NCBI RefSeq assembly: GCF_964355755.1
Contig: NC_092679.1
Span: 22,923,432-22,987,431 of the forward strand
From: Antedon mediterranea
Taxonomy: Eukaryota > Animalia > Echinodermata
Direction: 5' to 3'
Length of the DNA stretch: 64,000 bases
Part shown: positions 12,522 through 26,200 of the stretch, piece by piece
Numbering within the stretch: the stretch's first letter is position 1
Layout: each line of letters opens with the position of its first letter
Program-made: the position numbers and the translations under genes
The notes under the pieces: generated by a model
Databases searched by the model: none
Seen by the model: the letters and a program-made list of their open reading frames with translations, nothing else
What the model was told of the DNA's origin: nothing

Positions 12522-12950
12522 TAATACACGTATAAATAGACCATTATCAGCTGTTCCGTCATCAAGATCTTTATGGCCTAACGGGTAATGCCCAGTTTTG
12601 AGTGCTAGCAGCTGGCATTCGTACCTCTACGGATATTTTTTTTAATGATTTTTTTTTTTTTTTTTGAAAGAGAGATATTTTAAACAAAGGTGTATATCAT
12701 TCATTTTTCCATTAAATAGACACCATAAAACCCCGAAAATAGTCCATGTGTTCCTCATTTTTTAGTAGGCCTACTCTTGGTGTGCTTCTTTTCAACGGAT
12801 AATACACGTACACTATTATCAGCTGTTCAGTCATGTTTCAGTTCGTGGCGCAACAGATAATGCTCAGTTTTGAGTGCTATCAGCTGGGGGGTTCGAACCT
12901 TTACGGAAGTTTTTTTTTTTTAATATTGTATTTTTTTAAAGAGAGATATG
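12522..12950 (+). repeat. Diverged tandem duplication of a short Pol III-like unit (A box, B box, T-run)
   Basis: Copies at ~12522-12680 and ~12800-12950 share AATACACGTA..ATTATCAGCTGTTC..TGGC..CAGTTTTGAGTGCTA..CAGCTGG..TTCG..TACGGA followed by a T-run. Confidence 0.55.
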
Positions 12951-13273
12951 TGACACTATAATTGTCGAACATGTCTAGTACCATACCGGTAGGTATTCAA
13001 ATAGGCCTATGCTTAATCGATGTAAAAATACTTTTAAAATAAATTCATCAATTCTCATCTTTTATTATCCCGTAAAAACTTTTATTACAATTCCTTGGAA
13101 GTCATTCTAAGAAATAAAACATTATCTGAAACCTGTAATAATTGTATAATATAAAATATTACACAATTTCTGTATGTAGTATGTTTAAGCGTATACACAC
13201 ACATTCTCACGTGCATGTCATTGCGTACACATTATGACGACAGCCTCGTTATGATGACGTTATGAAGACGTTA

Positions 13274-13634
13274 AGCTTGGTTCCCACTAGAACGTAACGC
13301 AAGGACGTAAACGCAACGCAAGCGTTTTAACCAATGACAAGTGAAGTTATAGACAGTTAAGCTTGGTTCCCACTAGAACGTAACGCAAGGACGTAAACGC
13401 AACGCAAGCGTTTTAACCAATGACAAGCGAAGTTATAGACAGTTACCAATCACAAGCGAATAAGACATCGCTTGTGATTGGTCAATTCACTTGCGTTGCG
13501 TTACGTCCTTGCGTTGCGTCGCTAGTGGGAACCACGCTTTAGCAATCACAAGCGAATAAGCCATCGCTTGTGATTGGTCAATTCACTTGCGTTGCGTTAC
13601 GTCCTTGTGTTGCGTCGCTAGTGGGAACCACGCT
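13274..13634. mobile_element. Harbinger-like MITE (179 bp) interrupted by a second copy of itself at 13360-13538
   Basis: TIRs AGCTTGGTTCCCACTAG / CTAGTGGGAACCACGCT. TTA is duplicated around both the outer and inner copies. The outer halves (86+93) sum to 179 bp, the inner length. Confidence 0.92.
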
Positions 13635-14619
13635 TTACAAACGCAGTAAAATATTCACAAACATTCCACCAATATTATCGGCCTACACATTCAATGTCCG
13701 TACATAAATAAATAAAATAAATAAGAAAATAAAACGTCTTCATATATTCACAAACATTCCACCAATCAACTTACGGCTATTCACAGTCTATTGGCCTACA
13801 TAGTTAATGTCCGTACCTTTGAAACGAACGCGGCCAATGCGCACACATTATAATGACCGCCTAATACGGATTGGACCCCATTGGAAATAAGTTTACTTTT
13901 TATTTGTCGATATAATGGGTTATCCTAGTATTCCTTTTTAATATGTACATTGTATATTTTTACTATTTTTATAAATATCGAATAAAATCAATGAAATCAA
14001 TCATTTGGCTAGTCATTGTACACAATGAGTGCATAAAAAACATAATATAATCTGGTGGGTTAACATTTAATAAAACCAGACCAATTAATATGACGGAACA
14101 CATTTACAAAATGAATGTATCATATTACAAATACCGTTTACAATCGAATATAAAGATTAAAGTTAAAGTATTTTTTAAATCCTTCTGATGAAGGTTCAGA
14201 AAAAACCAGATCTTATAATAGGCCTATCTATTATTGTGGCAATATTACGACCTGGTCTTGTTAGTAGGCCGTGATGTAAAGTGGATTGTCTCGGGTTTGT
14301 ATAAAATATATTTGTATATATAAGAGGCAAACATGAACACCATCAATCTATTCACTTTTTTTTTATTACCGAAAGGAAAATTAGAAAGCATATTTTATAA
14401 TTCTTTTATAGTACCATATTGAAATCAGTATAGTGTTTGTAGTACTAAACGTTTATACATGTAGTATGATAATACTATATCCATCCTTAATAAATAAAAT
14501 GGGGGTGACCTTAAAAAAACTAAATAATAGTAATATATATTATATTTAGATACCATCATGTTTTGATCTATGATCGGATTAGACAGCGAAAAATTAAATA
14601 GTTTATCCAATCACACTTA

Positions 14620-14872
14620 GGGATCATGTCAGAATTATTCTACTGCAGTAACTACATTTTGTTTACTGCAGTAACGCATGATTTTAGTTTGTTTCAACGT
14701 AGAAGTCGGTTTATGTCGAGAAAGTCAACAATTTTAAGGTAACATTTTTTAGTTTTTTTAAAACAATGTGTATGATTAACCTAACAAACTAATGAATTTC
14801 ATAAGCAGTTTAAAAACTAAACAAATTGTATTTACTGCAGTATCTGCAGTAAAATAATTTTGACATGATCCC
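14620..14872. mobile_element. PIF/Harbinger-like MITE
   Basis: TIRs GGGATCATGTCAGAATTATTCTACTGCAG / CTGCAGTAAAATAATTTTGACATGATCCC. Confidence 0.8.
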
Positions 14873-17181
14873 TTTACTCTGCACTACATTTTTTCTATAC
14901 AATGATAAATTACAGAAGAAATGAATAAACAATAAAAATCAAGGTAATTATTATTTAAATCTATAACTGTATGATAACTATACAATAATTTTATATAATT
15001 TATCTAATTAATTAGCATTTTGCACATTTTTTACAATAACATAACATGGTTTTCCTGTAATTTTATATAGCGTTTTTATACAGCATGTTTTAAACCACTG
15101 TGAATTTTTCTTAAACATAATTTTCACTTGTACTTGACAGAATAAAGAATATTTACAACAAATACAATCAAGAAACTTTTATACTTTTTTAAGCCAACAG
15201 ACATAACTGAGTGGCCGTTTTCTCCAATCACACTTTTTCTCTAAGTAAACCCCACTTAAGGAACATCTAAGTATTTATTAATTGACTTAAGTGAAATACT
15301 TAATATTAAAGAAAAATATACCACTTTAATTTGACTGGTTAATGTGATCACTGTGGTTGTATACACTGTTCACACTTTGGCTAAGGAAAACAAACAATTT
15401 ATAAATTCTTCATCCTTAAGTAGATACTGACTTAAGTGAAATATTTAGTATTTACAGGACCAGTGATTGATGAATACAATCACTGGTTCTTAGTATTATT
15501 AATCTGAGTTCCAAGCCAAACATTAACCAGATTTTATTACATTTTTAGTTAAGTAGCTAATTATTTTTAGTTAAGAATGACTGTAAAGTTTCTACTGTTT
15601 TTCAAACATAACTCTTCCTTTTTTCATATTGTTAAATAATTAAATAAATTTAATAAAAATATAATTATAAAAGTTTCTAACAATTAAAATTTGGCACGCA
15701 AACAAATGATCTGTTAGAACCTCTCAAAATAATAGTACATGGTTAATAAATATAAATATATAAAGTATGTACTACTACTCATATCACATACAAAGCTTTT
15801 ACGGTTTCATTATACTTTCATTCAATCTTACTATAGTAGGCTTACCTATTTTTAATTCAGGGTCAAGAAAGACAATTAAAAATAGAAAGACATTAACAAC
15901 CAAAAAAATGAAATTGCTGGATTACAATATACTGTAATGGTATTTCCTCTTGTCAAGAGTCCGAGTATTAACTAATTATTTGAAAGAAAGACAATTGAGA
16001 AAGAAGTTATTCACGAAAGACAAGATTTGATAAAAGAAAGACATGATAAAAAAAGAAAAAATGGTGTAAACACAACAACGCGTCACCCGAATTTAATAGT
16101 GTTGCCTGTAAAAGTAAAATATATTAAACCCTTTTTTCGTTTCACAGCAAAAATTAAAAAGAGAACTCCGAACGGAGGAGTCCTATTGTAACTTTAAATT
16201 GTGACCTACTCAGTACAACAATAGACCCTGTATTTTGAAATAAATTTAAAAAAAAAAAACTATTTTCGTTTCTTTTACAGTACTTCATCATGTTATAAAA
16301 TATAATACAAATATGTGACAATCGTATTAAAATATATTGAAACTTGTACAATGTTTTGTTCGTATAGGCTACAGTTTTGAATATGTTGACAACTGGACGA
16401 GAGTAAAAAAAATGTAGCTTAACTTTCTTAGCTTTGTATAATTATAATAAAAAAAAGCACCATATGTTTCAAATCAATATCTTAATATTTACATGGTTGC
16501 ATTGAAAAATGATTAATTCACAGAAAAAACATACACACGTTTCGGAAGTTGGGTTGTTTTATAGGATTCGTACTCAGAATCATAGATCGGCAGGATCATA
16601 AGTTTCAATCCATGACCACATAAGCTGTCTTTCCAAACATGTGCAACATTGCAGTGATGCCTACGAAAAAAATCCATTCTCTAAATTATGACTAATTTCT
16701 GTGAACAAACATAACACAATGACTAACACCTTAACACCTCATTTACTGTACAACCAATCTACAGTATATAAAACAATTTACCAGTAATGGTAACATTAAC
16801 AAATATGTATTTATTTCAGTTGTCATGACGCTGTCCCTTTAATGTTAAAGTTGTCCTGAGGTTATCAACATGTTCATTTTGCCACAGTTAAAGGGACTGT
16901 CACATATTTTTAATATCAAATACATCAAAATTCTGAATATGCAGCAGACATCACATGTGTTTTTAAATCACATGATTTTACCATCAAAATTATTCTGATT
17001 GCCAATTGGAGGATCTTCTCAGGATGTTTCTATTCCCATTGGATGTCTGGAAATCTACATTCGGCGGGCTCATAAAAACATGGATAAAAACATACAAGAC
17101 GATGAATTTAACAAGTCTTGTTGTTTTATCTGTTTTTGTTTTCTTTAAATATAAGTTCTTTAAAAGTTTTTATTTGTCCAA

Positions 17182-17271
17182 CTACTGATGTAAATGAAAA
17201 TCTTCAACAGAATCTGCATCATTTTTCGCTTCTTTATATAAGTTGTTATGATAATTTACTTTTTTTGGAGA
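17182..17271 (-). CDS. EGF-TM gene exon 14 ([29 protein letters not shown])
   Basis: Acceptor GTTTTGTTTTTCAG, phase 0, TAG at 17182-17184. Confidence 0.75.
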   Translation of the reverse strand, partial: SPKKVNYHNNLYKEAKNDADSVEDFHLHQ

Positions 17272-20200
17272 CTGAAAAACAAAACCAAAATTATAATTAA
17301 CACAACGTCCTACTTTTCTTTATCACTGTATAGTATAATTATCAACAAGATATTTTGGGAGTTTGTTCTGGTTGTCTTCAGTCTTTCGTTGGTATAAAAA
17401 CAATGGGGAACAGGAATATGAACATTCAATACAAGAACTTAAGACTTACTGCTGTTTGTGTGTTATTTGGAGTTGGGGCTTCTGGTTCAAAAACACCTAA
17501 ATTTGTTGATTCTGACCTCTGTCGATGCACCTAGAAAAAAAAAAGGTCAATTCTTAAGTTTTGATTGATATATTATTACGTAATCAAAGAAACATATTGA
17601 AGTTCCAAATAAATACAGTCAACTCTCTTATACGGGATGCCCTGAAAAATGGAAAACTCTACTAAACCCACATTTTTCTTGAGGTCCTAAAATGTTTTTA
17701 AACACATTTGGAACACCAGAAATTATGGAAGAGCCAACCCAAGGACGATTTGCATACTATTAAAGTCTAACACTGATCAAAATACATCTACTGTATTTAT
17801 AGAAAATATTTTCAAAACAAATTGATATTAATTAACTTACTAATATTACAACTGAACCAATGAAGACAGCAAAGACTAATGACACACCAACAACGATAGA
17901 CACAATGATTACAGTTTCCATGGTGATATAACTACTGCTTGGTTCTGCTGTACTTTCTGTATTATTGGAAGCCTTGGTTACCTTGGCACTATTTTCAACA
18001 ATATTCATTATAATTCCATCAAACATGAAAGAATAACTTGAAGACTCAAACTGTAATGAGAAAATATGATTATTTATGTTTGATTTTGTCTGAACAGTCT
18101 TTTAATAAAAATTGCAAATTAACTTAATTAAAAGGGGATCTGTCTACTATTCTATATTGTATGGAGCAAATAAAAATACATTGACGGACAAAACAGATTT
18201 TCATAAAATTTATAATAATTAACAAAATATGACAACATTTATACTGTAAGTCTTGAGAAGTTAAACCCCACCACCCCAAAACGTATTGCATGCTTGCTTA
18301 CCTGTGACATCATAGTGTCCGCAACATCCTCAATATTCAAAGATGAGTGAGCATCAGACACCAAGCTAAACTCTACCTGAATATTACCCTTAGAATCAGA
18401 AATCTAAAAAGATAAAATTATGAATATAAAATTATGAATAAATAAAATTAATGAAAACCAGTTATAGTAATTGATCAAATGTTCACCTCAGATTGGGCTG
18501 ATATATTATTGTTTTCAACAATTTAATTCAATTCAATTTGTAATTCAATTTCAATTTATTTTCCACATACTACTACAACCTAGTACATGGAGGATGAATA
18601 TTTTAAGATCTGTGCGAAGCATAGATCTTTAAGCTTACAAGCAACCTTAGACAATAATAATATTTACTTATATGTAAGCAGCACACCACACTCGTGTAAT
18701 AGTAGGGAGATAATAATTACGCACAAGGACAGAAATATAATAAAATATAATTGACCGATATTTGCTGTATTTACTCTCGAAAAACATGACAATAACATTA
18801 AAATTTGAGTTTAAATTCATCAAAATTATATAATGTCTTAATGCTTGCCTATTGATTAATGTTCTGTTTACCTCCCTCCCAAAGTTGAAAATAATGTGTT
18901 CTATTATTAGGCATAATAGTTGATACAATGTGCGACTTACTATAAAATTTGTTATCATTGATTCTGCTATTGAAAACACAGTGGATAGATCTTCCGTTAA
19001 GGACCTTGAAAAAGAGAACAAACATTATTTAATGAAACATTTTGTGTAAATAATTATACCATGTAAATGTATACCTCCATTATCATAGGCAGTACTACTC
19101 AGGCAAGTCTCTTCCTGGTGCATTACAATAATCCAACACTGCCCTCTGCGATACATTTTGGTTTATAAATTAAAAATGACAAAATTAGATATTGTTTACA
19201 AATACTTTTAATTATGGTAGAACCCTTATTCAATGGATACCTCTATTAAGGGGACACTTTCTTATAAAATGAACAAGGGGAAATGTATGTTTCACACTAC
19301 ACCCAACCTCTAAACAAAGGAAACTGTCGCGTCCTAAATGTGTCATTTTCATAGGATACAGACGTATTTTATTCAAATATTGTAAATTGTATAAAAGAAT
19401 TTACCTTTCAAATTCAGGAACTCTATTTTCTATCAATGTAAACCTTTGGTTGAAGTTAAATCCAATGTGAATTTGTCTGTAAAATAAAGTAAAGTAGATT
19501 AGATTTGTAAACATTTTGTTTAATTTCATACGCATCAAATAGCAAGTGCAAACTCATTAATTACAGGATGGATAAACTAATTAAAATGTATCTTGCTTAT
19601 AAACTAAATCTCATTTGAGGATTAGGGAGTGGAGCTGAAAGAGTAGTGAGTTACAACCCTGGGATTGAAATTAACCAAAATGCTACAGCTCCATATACTG
19701 TAGATAGTTTCATTTCTTGGTCAGTTGTGAACTATCACTATTTCAATTGACTATTTTTGTTTTTGAAACATCCATAGGTACATACCCGCAATATTTTTTT
19801 GTGCAAAGCCAAAGACCATTTCTACACCAACTGAAAGGTAAAAATATTAAATAATAGCATTAGGCCTGTGGACTATATAAAACAAGGCCAACAGCCATTA
19901 AGTCGCGTGCTACAATGCATAGTGATACCGGACCGACAGACAGACCGACAGACCGACAGACAGAGAGACCGACCGACCGACATAGTGAACTATACTGACC
20001 GAAATTACTGAACATGTTTAAAAATGTTGAAATGTTTAAAAACATTTATTTTTTTTTAATTTACACGTGCGTAGCCTGTCACTTTCGACGTGCTCGTATA
20101 ACGTAATTTCGAGTTGAAAAGTAAGTCAAAAAACGGAAATCGGGCAAAAAGAGTGCACAATAACATTTAACGCGCAGTGCACGCGCAAAAATAAGCGCAC

Positions 20201-23200
20201 TCATGGCAATTTTGTAAACGCTTAAAATTGTCTGAAATGTACTCTTATTTCATCGAAAATAAATTTTGAAAATGTTAAGTACGTAATTGTATTGCCATAT
20301 GATGATTTATGCCCTGAAATTTATGAGTACCAAATTTTATTTAATTGTGATTCATGGTTGTGAAGATATGATTACAAACGTGATTTCGTTAAATCGTGCG
20401 TAGACCGCGTAATTTTTTATTGCGCACCGTGAAAACATAACCACATTGATTCCTGGCCATAAGGAATATACTGTGAAAAATTGACCTAGCTAGATTAAAC
20501 TGATATCAAGATAAGGTCAGAAAGCGATAAAACGCATAGTGATACCGGACCGACAGACAGACAGACAGACCGACAGACAGACAGACCGACCGACCGGCAT
20601 AGTGAACTATAGAGTCGCTTCAACGCGACTAAAAACATTAGTGTACAAACTTAAATACTGTATTTATTCGAATAAACTTCAGTTTTGAATAAACACCCAT
20701 TAATTATTATTATTCAAATAAATGTACGGTAGGGAAGGCCAGGCTGCCAAAACAGAGAAGTTAATAAGTTGCACTATCCCTCCAATGTATTTTTGTTTTT
20801 ATAAAATGAATGATGCTATATTTCTTTTGTTATTCTATAAATGTTTAACTCATGAATATTCAGTTTTCCATAATTTAATTAGTTTTCTCAAATTAAATAG
20901 GTTTGTCATACCAATAATTGCAATCATTGATTCTCACTTCTTCTGTTGAGTAGGTTTCACCGTTGAAGATGCACTGAACTGTGAAATATTACATATAGAT
21001 AAAAAAAGCTGTCACGCACGAAAATCAATTGTAACCTAGCAACATTATACAATGATCAAACTCAACATCATTTTTCTCACAATAAATTGATTAAAATTAA
21101 AAAAATATGTTTTATTAGTGTAGAACAATATTAGTTGTAATAATTTGAATATTTTCTAAGAGACAAACATTTTTACATCCCTTTTGTGGGACACCACTAT
21201 TGAGGGGCCACCTCTATTAAGGGGACACCTCTATAAACAACTGTATTGGGTCTTGAAAGGGCCTGCAGGCCTAATATAAAGCCTGATTAACTGTTCTAAA
21301 TTCAGATTCTTTTCTGGTAATAGACATTCTGGGAAAGTACAAAGGTTATATTAAAAGAGGTTTACACATTTTAGAGTTGATATATAACAGTTAAATATAA
21401 TATAAACAGTAATCACTAAAGTTGACTTGGTCCTATACTGTCATATAGACAGACAATTGTATCGAGGGAAAGGGGCGTATGTTGAAATTCTTTTGGGCAT
21501 AAAGTTGCTGATAACTGTGCATTATAGATGACCATTATTTTCATTAGTGCATAGCAGGAGAACCAAGTTTATTGCATCCATAAAATTATCATATCAAAAG
21601 AAATGTTACAATGAGATTAACATTATGTTTCACATTTGGTACACAACTACTATTTTATCTACTATACCAGGCTTGGAATGCATTTTGTGTTTTCCATAGG
21701 CCATCGCGCTAGGCTAGATTATACCAGCCCATATTATGTCTGAGTATATTGCTAAACCTATCTACTAAATTACTGTTTTCAGTACAGCTAACTTCCAGAC
21801 GATCAAATTCAGTCAACATCCACAAAGGATAAGACAAAAAAGACAGAAACTAACAAATATTTATAACCAACCGAAAACAAAATATATGCAAGCTCTGTAA
21901 CCATTGGTCTAGCATCAAATTAAGCACGAACTAATGCTATTTTATGCCTGTACTCTATTAAAACACTAGTACTGCAATAATTGTTATATAATTGGTGTTA
22001 TTTTAGCTAATACATGGTAATACTAACTATTCATGACATAGTCTAAAATCATCAAAAACGTCTCTTATTAACCATTGTACAACAATATACATACTGATAG
22101 TCTGACGACCTTGGGAAAATTAGTACTAATTGTTTCCTCTATCATAAGGCATAAACTGGGCTATTAATAAATTTTACAAAAAAACATATGCTCTTTTTGC
22201 AGATGCTAATAAATCAAAAATCTTCAGGGACTTGTCCAAAAAGCATGGATGGAAGATTGTCAGCGTGGTAGCCGACGAGAATCTCTGTTTAAAGGTCACT
22301 GAATGATCGCCCGGCACAATAACCGTATTACATTTTAGTTATCGTCGGTTTTAATATGATACATCTGTCATAATGCTGTACATTATGATGGATTATTGTA
22401 GAAAAATTGTAGGGTTGTAGAATTGGTTCATTGTTCGAAAATTAAGTCACGTAAGCGTAAACCAAGTTGTAAATCAAAAAGGATTCAAGTGAAAAATTAA
22501 TTAATTGTATATTGCACTAAAAAAGATTAGAATTTATATTTCATTAAATATATATTTATAAAATAGTACATATTGTGGAAAAAAAATGTTAACAGAATAT
22601 TAGTGTATGAATGGGTTTAAAAGATTTCCCCAAAAGGGTAATTTAACATTTATTTAGGGCAGCTACCTAATAAATGGAAGTGTTGCATTGAACGATAACC
22701 CATACAGTAGGAAACAACAAAAAATGATTGAAATTTATATTTATACTGGGTAACCTCTTCAGTCAAAGACTGGTCTCCCAGAGGGCCCAGTTGGTGATCA
22801 GTGGCTGTGATGTACTAATACACCAGGGTAACCCCCTACTCTTCTCGAAAGATGTACTAGGTTCTTTAAAGTGCACACGAGCTAGTTGTGTACACTGGAC
22901 CTACGGTTTATAGCCCTTATCCGAGAAGACTATGGTTCAGTATGAGAAGTAGGCCTACAAAATGTAATTAATTAAATTAAAAAATTAATTGGTGATGGTA
23001 AACGTTAAGAACTATCGTTTTACCTTCAAGAACTGTTTGACATATTCTGCCAGTATATCCTAACTGGCATTCACATGTGTAACCATTGATATCTGTGGAA
23101 GACGTCTGGCATGTGCCGTCGTTTAAACACGGATTGCTGCCACAACCTGATAGGAAAAAAATCAACATAAATTTATTATATGCAGAAATTTAAATTAAGA

Positions 23201-26200
23201 AATGTATGATTTTCATTGACCCTTTAAAGCTCTATCTACACTATCAAACTATGTAACAAACAAAAATGTGATGTGCCCATATTTGGACATGATGACATCA
23301 TATCACTACCATATTCGGACACATTACACTTTTTCTGTCAAACTAATTTGATCTGATTACATGACTGTAGTGGGTCTATTGCATTGCAATCAGTATCTTT
23401 TTAATTAAAAAACAGCTATCATTCTGGCACAGTTCAAATAAATATTCATAAAATATCCTTCAAAAAAATATACAGTTTCTATTAAAGTATTATTTACCCA
23501 AAAGAAAAAGTTCCATTAATCTAACGATTATTATTTGTATTTTAGAAAAGAAAAACATTGTTTAAAAAAAAACCTTTAATGATAAAAGGAAGTCGATAGT
23601 CATTAAATAAGTGCGATAATAATAACATTTTGTCGCATTTAATGTCCAGTGCGATGAAACAAGCACATATCATTGGCCGGCGGACTAACCGTCCCATTAA
23701 ACATCTATTATACTTAACTTTAAGGCAATTGGTGTCGAACCTGTCTTTTCGCAGGCGACGTTCTTTGGCTAAATTTGCATAATGATGTTGTCACTTCATA
23801 CTGTAACTAGTTCAGTATATATGTAATCATTTTGTCATGTATAAGCGGAAACAGACATATTTAGCGTGTTAATGGTTGTAATTATGTTAAAGATGTATTG
23901 TCTCTAACAAATACCCAATTTATAAGATGCCTACACTATATTACGCTAAAAATGTATGTTAGTATCATCTACGGTATGGAACTTTTTTGATTTCTTCATC
24001 ATTAGTCGATTAATGGTTGTTGGAAAATGCAAGTTTACCAAACCTAGTACAATTTCATTTTTATTTTAATAGTGAAATGTGAAATTACCAAACAGTCAAA
24101 ACTGTAAAAAACCTATCATCATGTAGTGTTGATAATGTAATTCACATGCTAATACACACATTTTTAAAGTTCTTAGTTTAAAATTGGCTGAACAACCACA
24201 ATGTAAATCAATTATGAGGATTTTTACCTGGATTTAGTTGTCAACATTTGAGATATTACCTAACAAAAAATACATGTATTTTCAAGGCAAGAATGTTTCT
24301 AGTTCTTAGTTTAACACAGCATGCATTTGGTCATTTTCTGCTTGTTACATACATTTAACATGATCAATAAATTAATTGAAAATGACAAATGATTTTCGTG
24401 TTTGTTTCTACTGCTGCTACAGCATGTTTTTACATTCATACAGACACAATTTCATTCTTCATTGAATTTTTGTCTTTGAAGAAAAATAATGAAAATGTAT
24501 GACTATCAAAATGTTTTTGATTTAATTTATAGTGTTATGCTGCATATGATTTGTTTTTTCAATCTTTCTATTTTAGTTTGACTTTTTTGTATACTATATA
24601 GGCCTATGAGTTATACTAATTTTCATTCCACTTTATTTTTTAGCAGTGTTGTAACATTTTTTTATTTTATTAATCTCTTAAATGAACTTATTTAAATAAA
24701 GTTTTATTTATCGTATTTTTCAATGTAACATAAATGAATAATCATGCGTCTATGTTATTTAAAACTAAAACATAAAGAATTAATTGGGTATAAGTAATTT
24801 GGGGTAAAGCAATTAATTGGGGATATAAATCAACTGGTGGGGATAATGCAATTAGCCACTTTAAACATTAAATTGAAACTTGATATACACAAAAGCGGAC
24901 AAAGTGCAAAGTTGGTAACAATACTATGCCTCAATGTCAAACAAAGTTCAGAAGAACTTACTGGAAATAATGTGAAAGAAATTTCGTCAAAAAAAAAGTC
25001 TTTCTATAAAAGAAAAGATTTTTATTTATTTTCTTTTTTTGCACTATAAATAATTAATTCACTGTAGAATCTTATAGGATGAGGGAAAAGCTGAAGTCTG
25101 CTCTTTTTTTTTAAGGTGATCAAAAACTGGAGAAAAAATTATCTAGATAAGGCTTTTTTGGGGGAAAGACCAAATTTCCAATTCTTCACTGATCTTGGTC
25201 AATCACTCGTAAACTCACATAAATTATGAATCACCAAAAAGAGGAATAAGCATTGCTAAACATTGCAATTTCTTTCCAAAACCATTGACAAATACATTTG
25301 TAACGAAGACAGAGACGTTAAGCCATGCATGACAAAATAGTTGACAAGGGTAAACACTATAAAATTACCACTACCTAAGGGCATGGAAATTAGTCTACAA
25401 GTTTATTTAACACTAATTAATTACTTCCGTTAGAACTATAAGCATTTGATTGTAAAATATGGAGGGAAGGGGTGAATGTAGGATGCTTGAGTCGGGAAGA
25501 CAAGCTCTGCCCACACTACCAAACTTTATGTGAAAAAAATGTGTGATGCGCCCAAATATGGTAGTGATATGCTTAAATATGGTAGTGATATGACATCATC
25601 ATGTCCATATATGGGCACATCACATTTTTTTGTCACAAAAAGTTTGATAGTGTAGACAAAGCTTTACAAAGGGTTGTACACAAAACAAGCTAGGAACACA
25701 TCAAGCAGGGAGTTGTCTAATAACAACTCCCTGCATCAAGCCTTATACATGCAGTAAACCAGCAAACAACAAGGTTTAACAATCATGGAAACACATGAAA
25801 CGTGGAAGCCAAGCAGTAAACCATGCACGAACACGACATCCCTACCTAGGAGCATAGAGCAGTCTGGTCCTGAAAAACCGGCTGGGCAGACGCAATTTAC
25901 TGTTGAAAGAACCTGATTCAGGTTCCGACACGAACCCCCATTTTTGCAGGGGTGTGTATTGCATGGTCCTACGAATGAAGATGCATTATTAAATGGTCCT
26001 CAAAATAAAAATAATACAGTATTTTTCTTCACTCAATTTATATGCCATGCTTAATTCTTTTATTCCCATCTGTCAGGTTATGCTTTAGCTGATTTAAAAA
26101 TTTTTTTTTCGATTTTTAAAACACACGTTTTGGCAAATCAGTCACGATGTCAGGAGAAGATTTAAAATAAAATCAGACCCTGATATTGTAACAATAGACA

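Noticed and set aside
12560-12643. Selenocysteine tRNA gene suggested by upstream TATA and octamer
   Set aside because: No TCA anticodon arm, long variable arm or resemblance to tRNA-Sec.
19075-19145. Extra exon in the EGF-TM gene
   Set aside because: 71 nt long with weak splice sites; it would break the phase 2-2 junction between exons 9 and 10.
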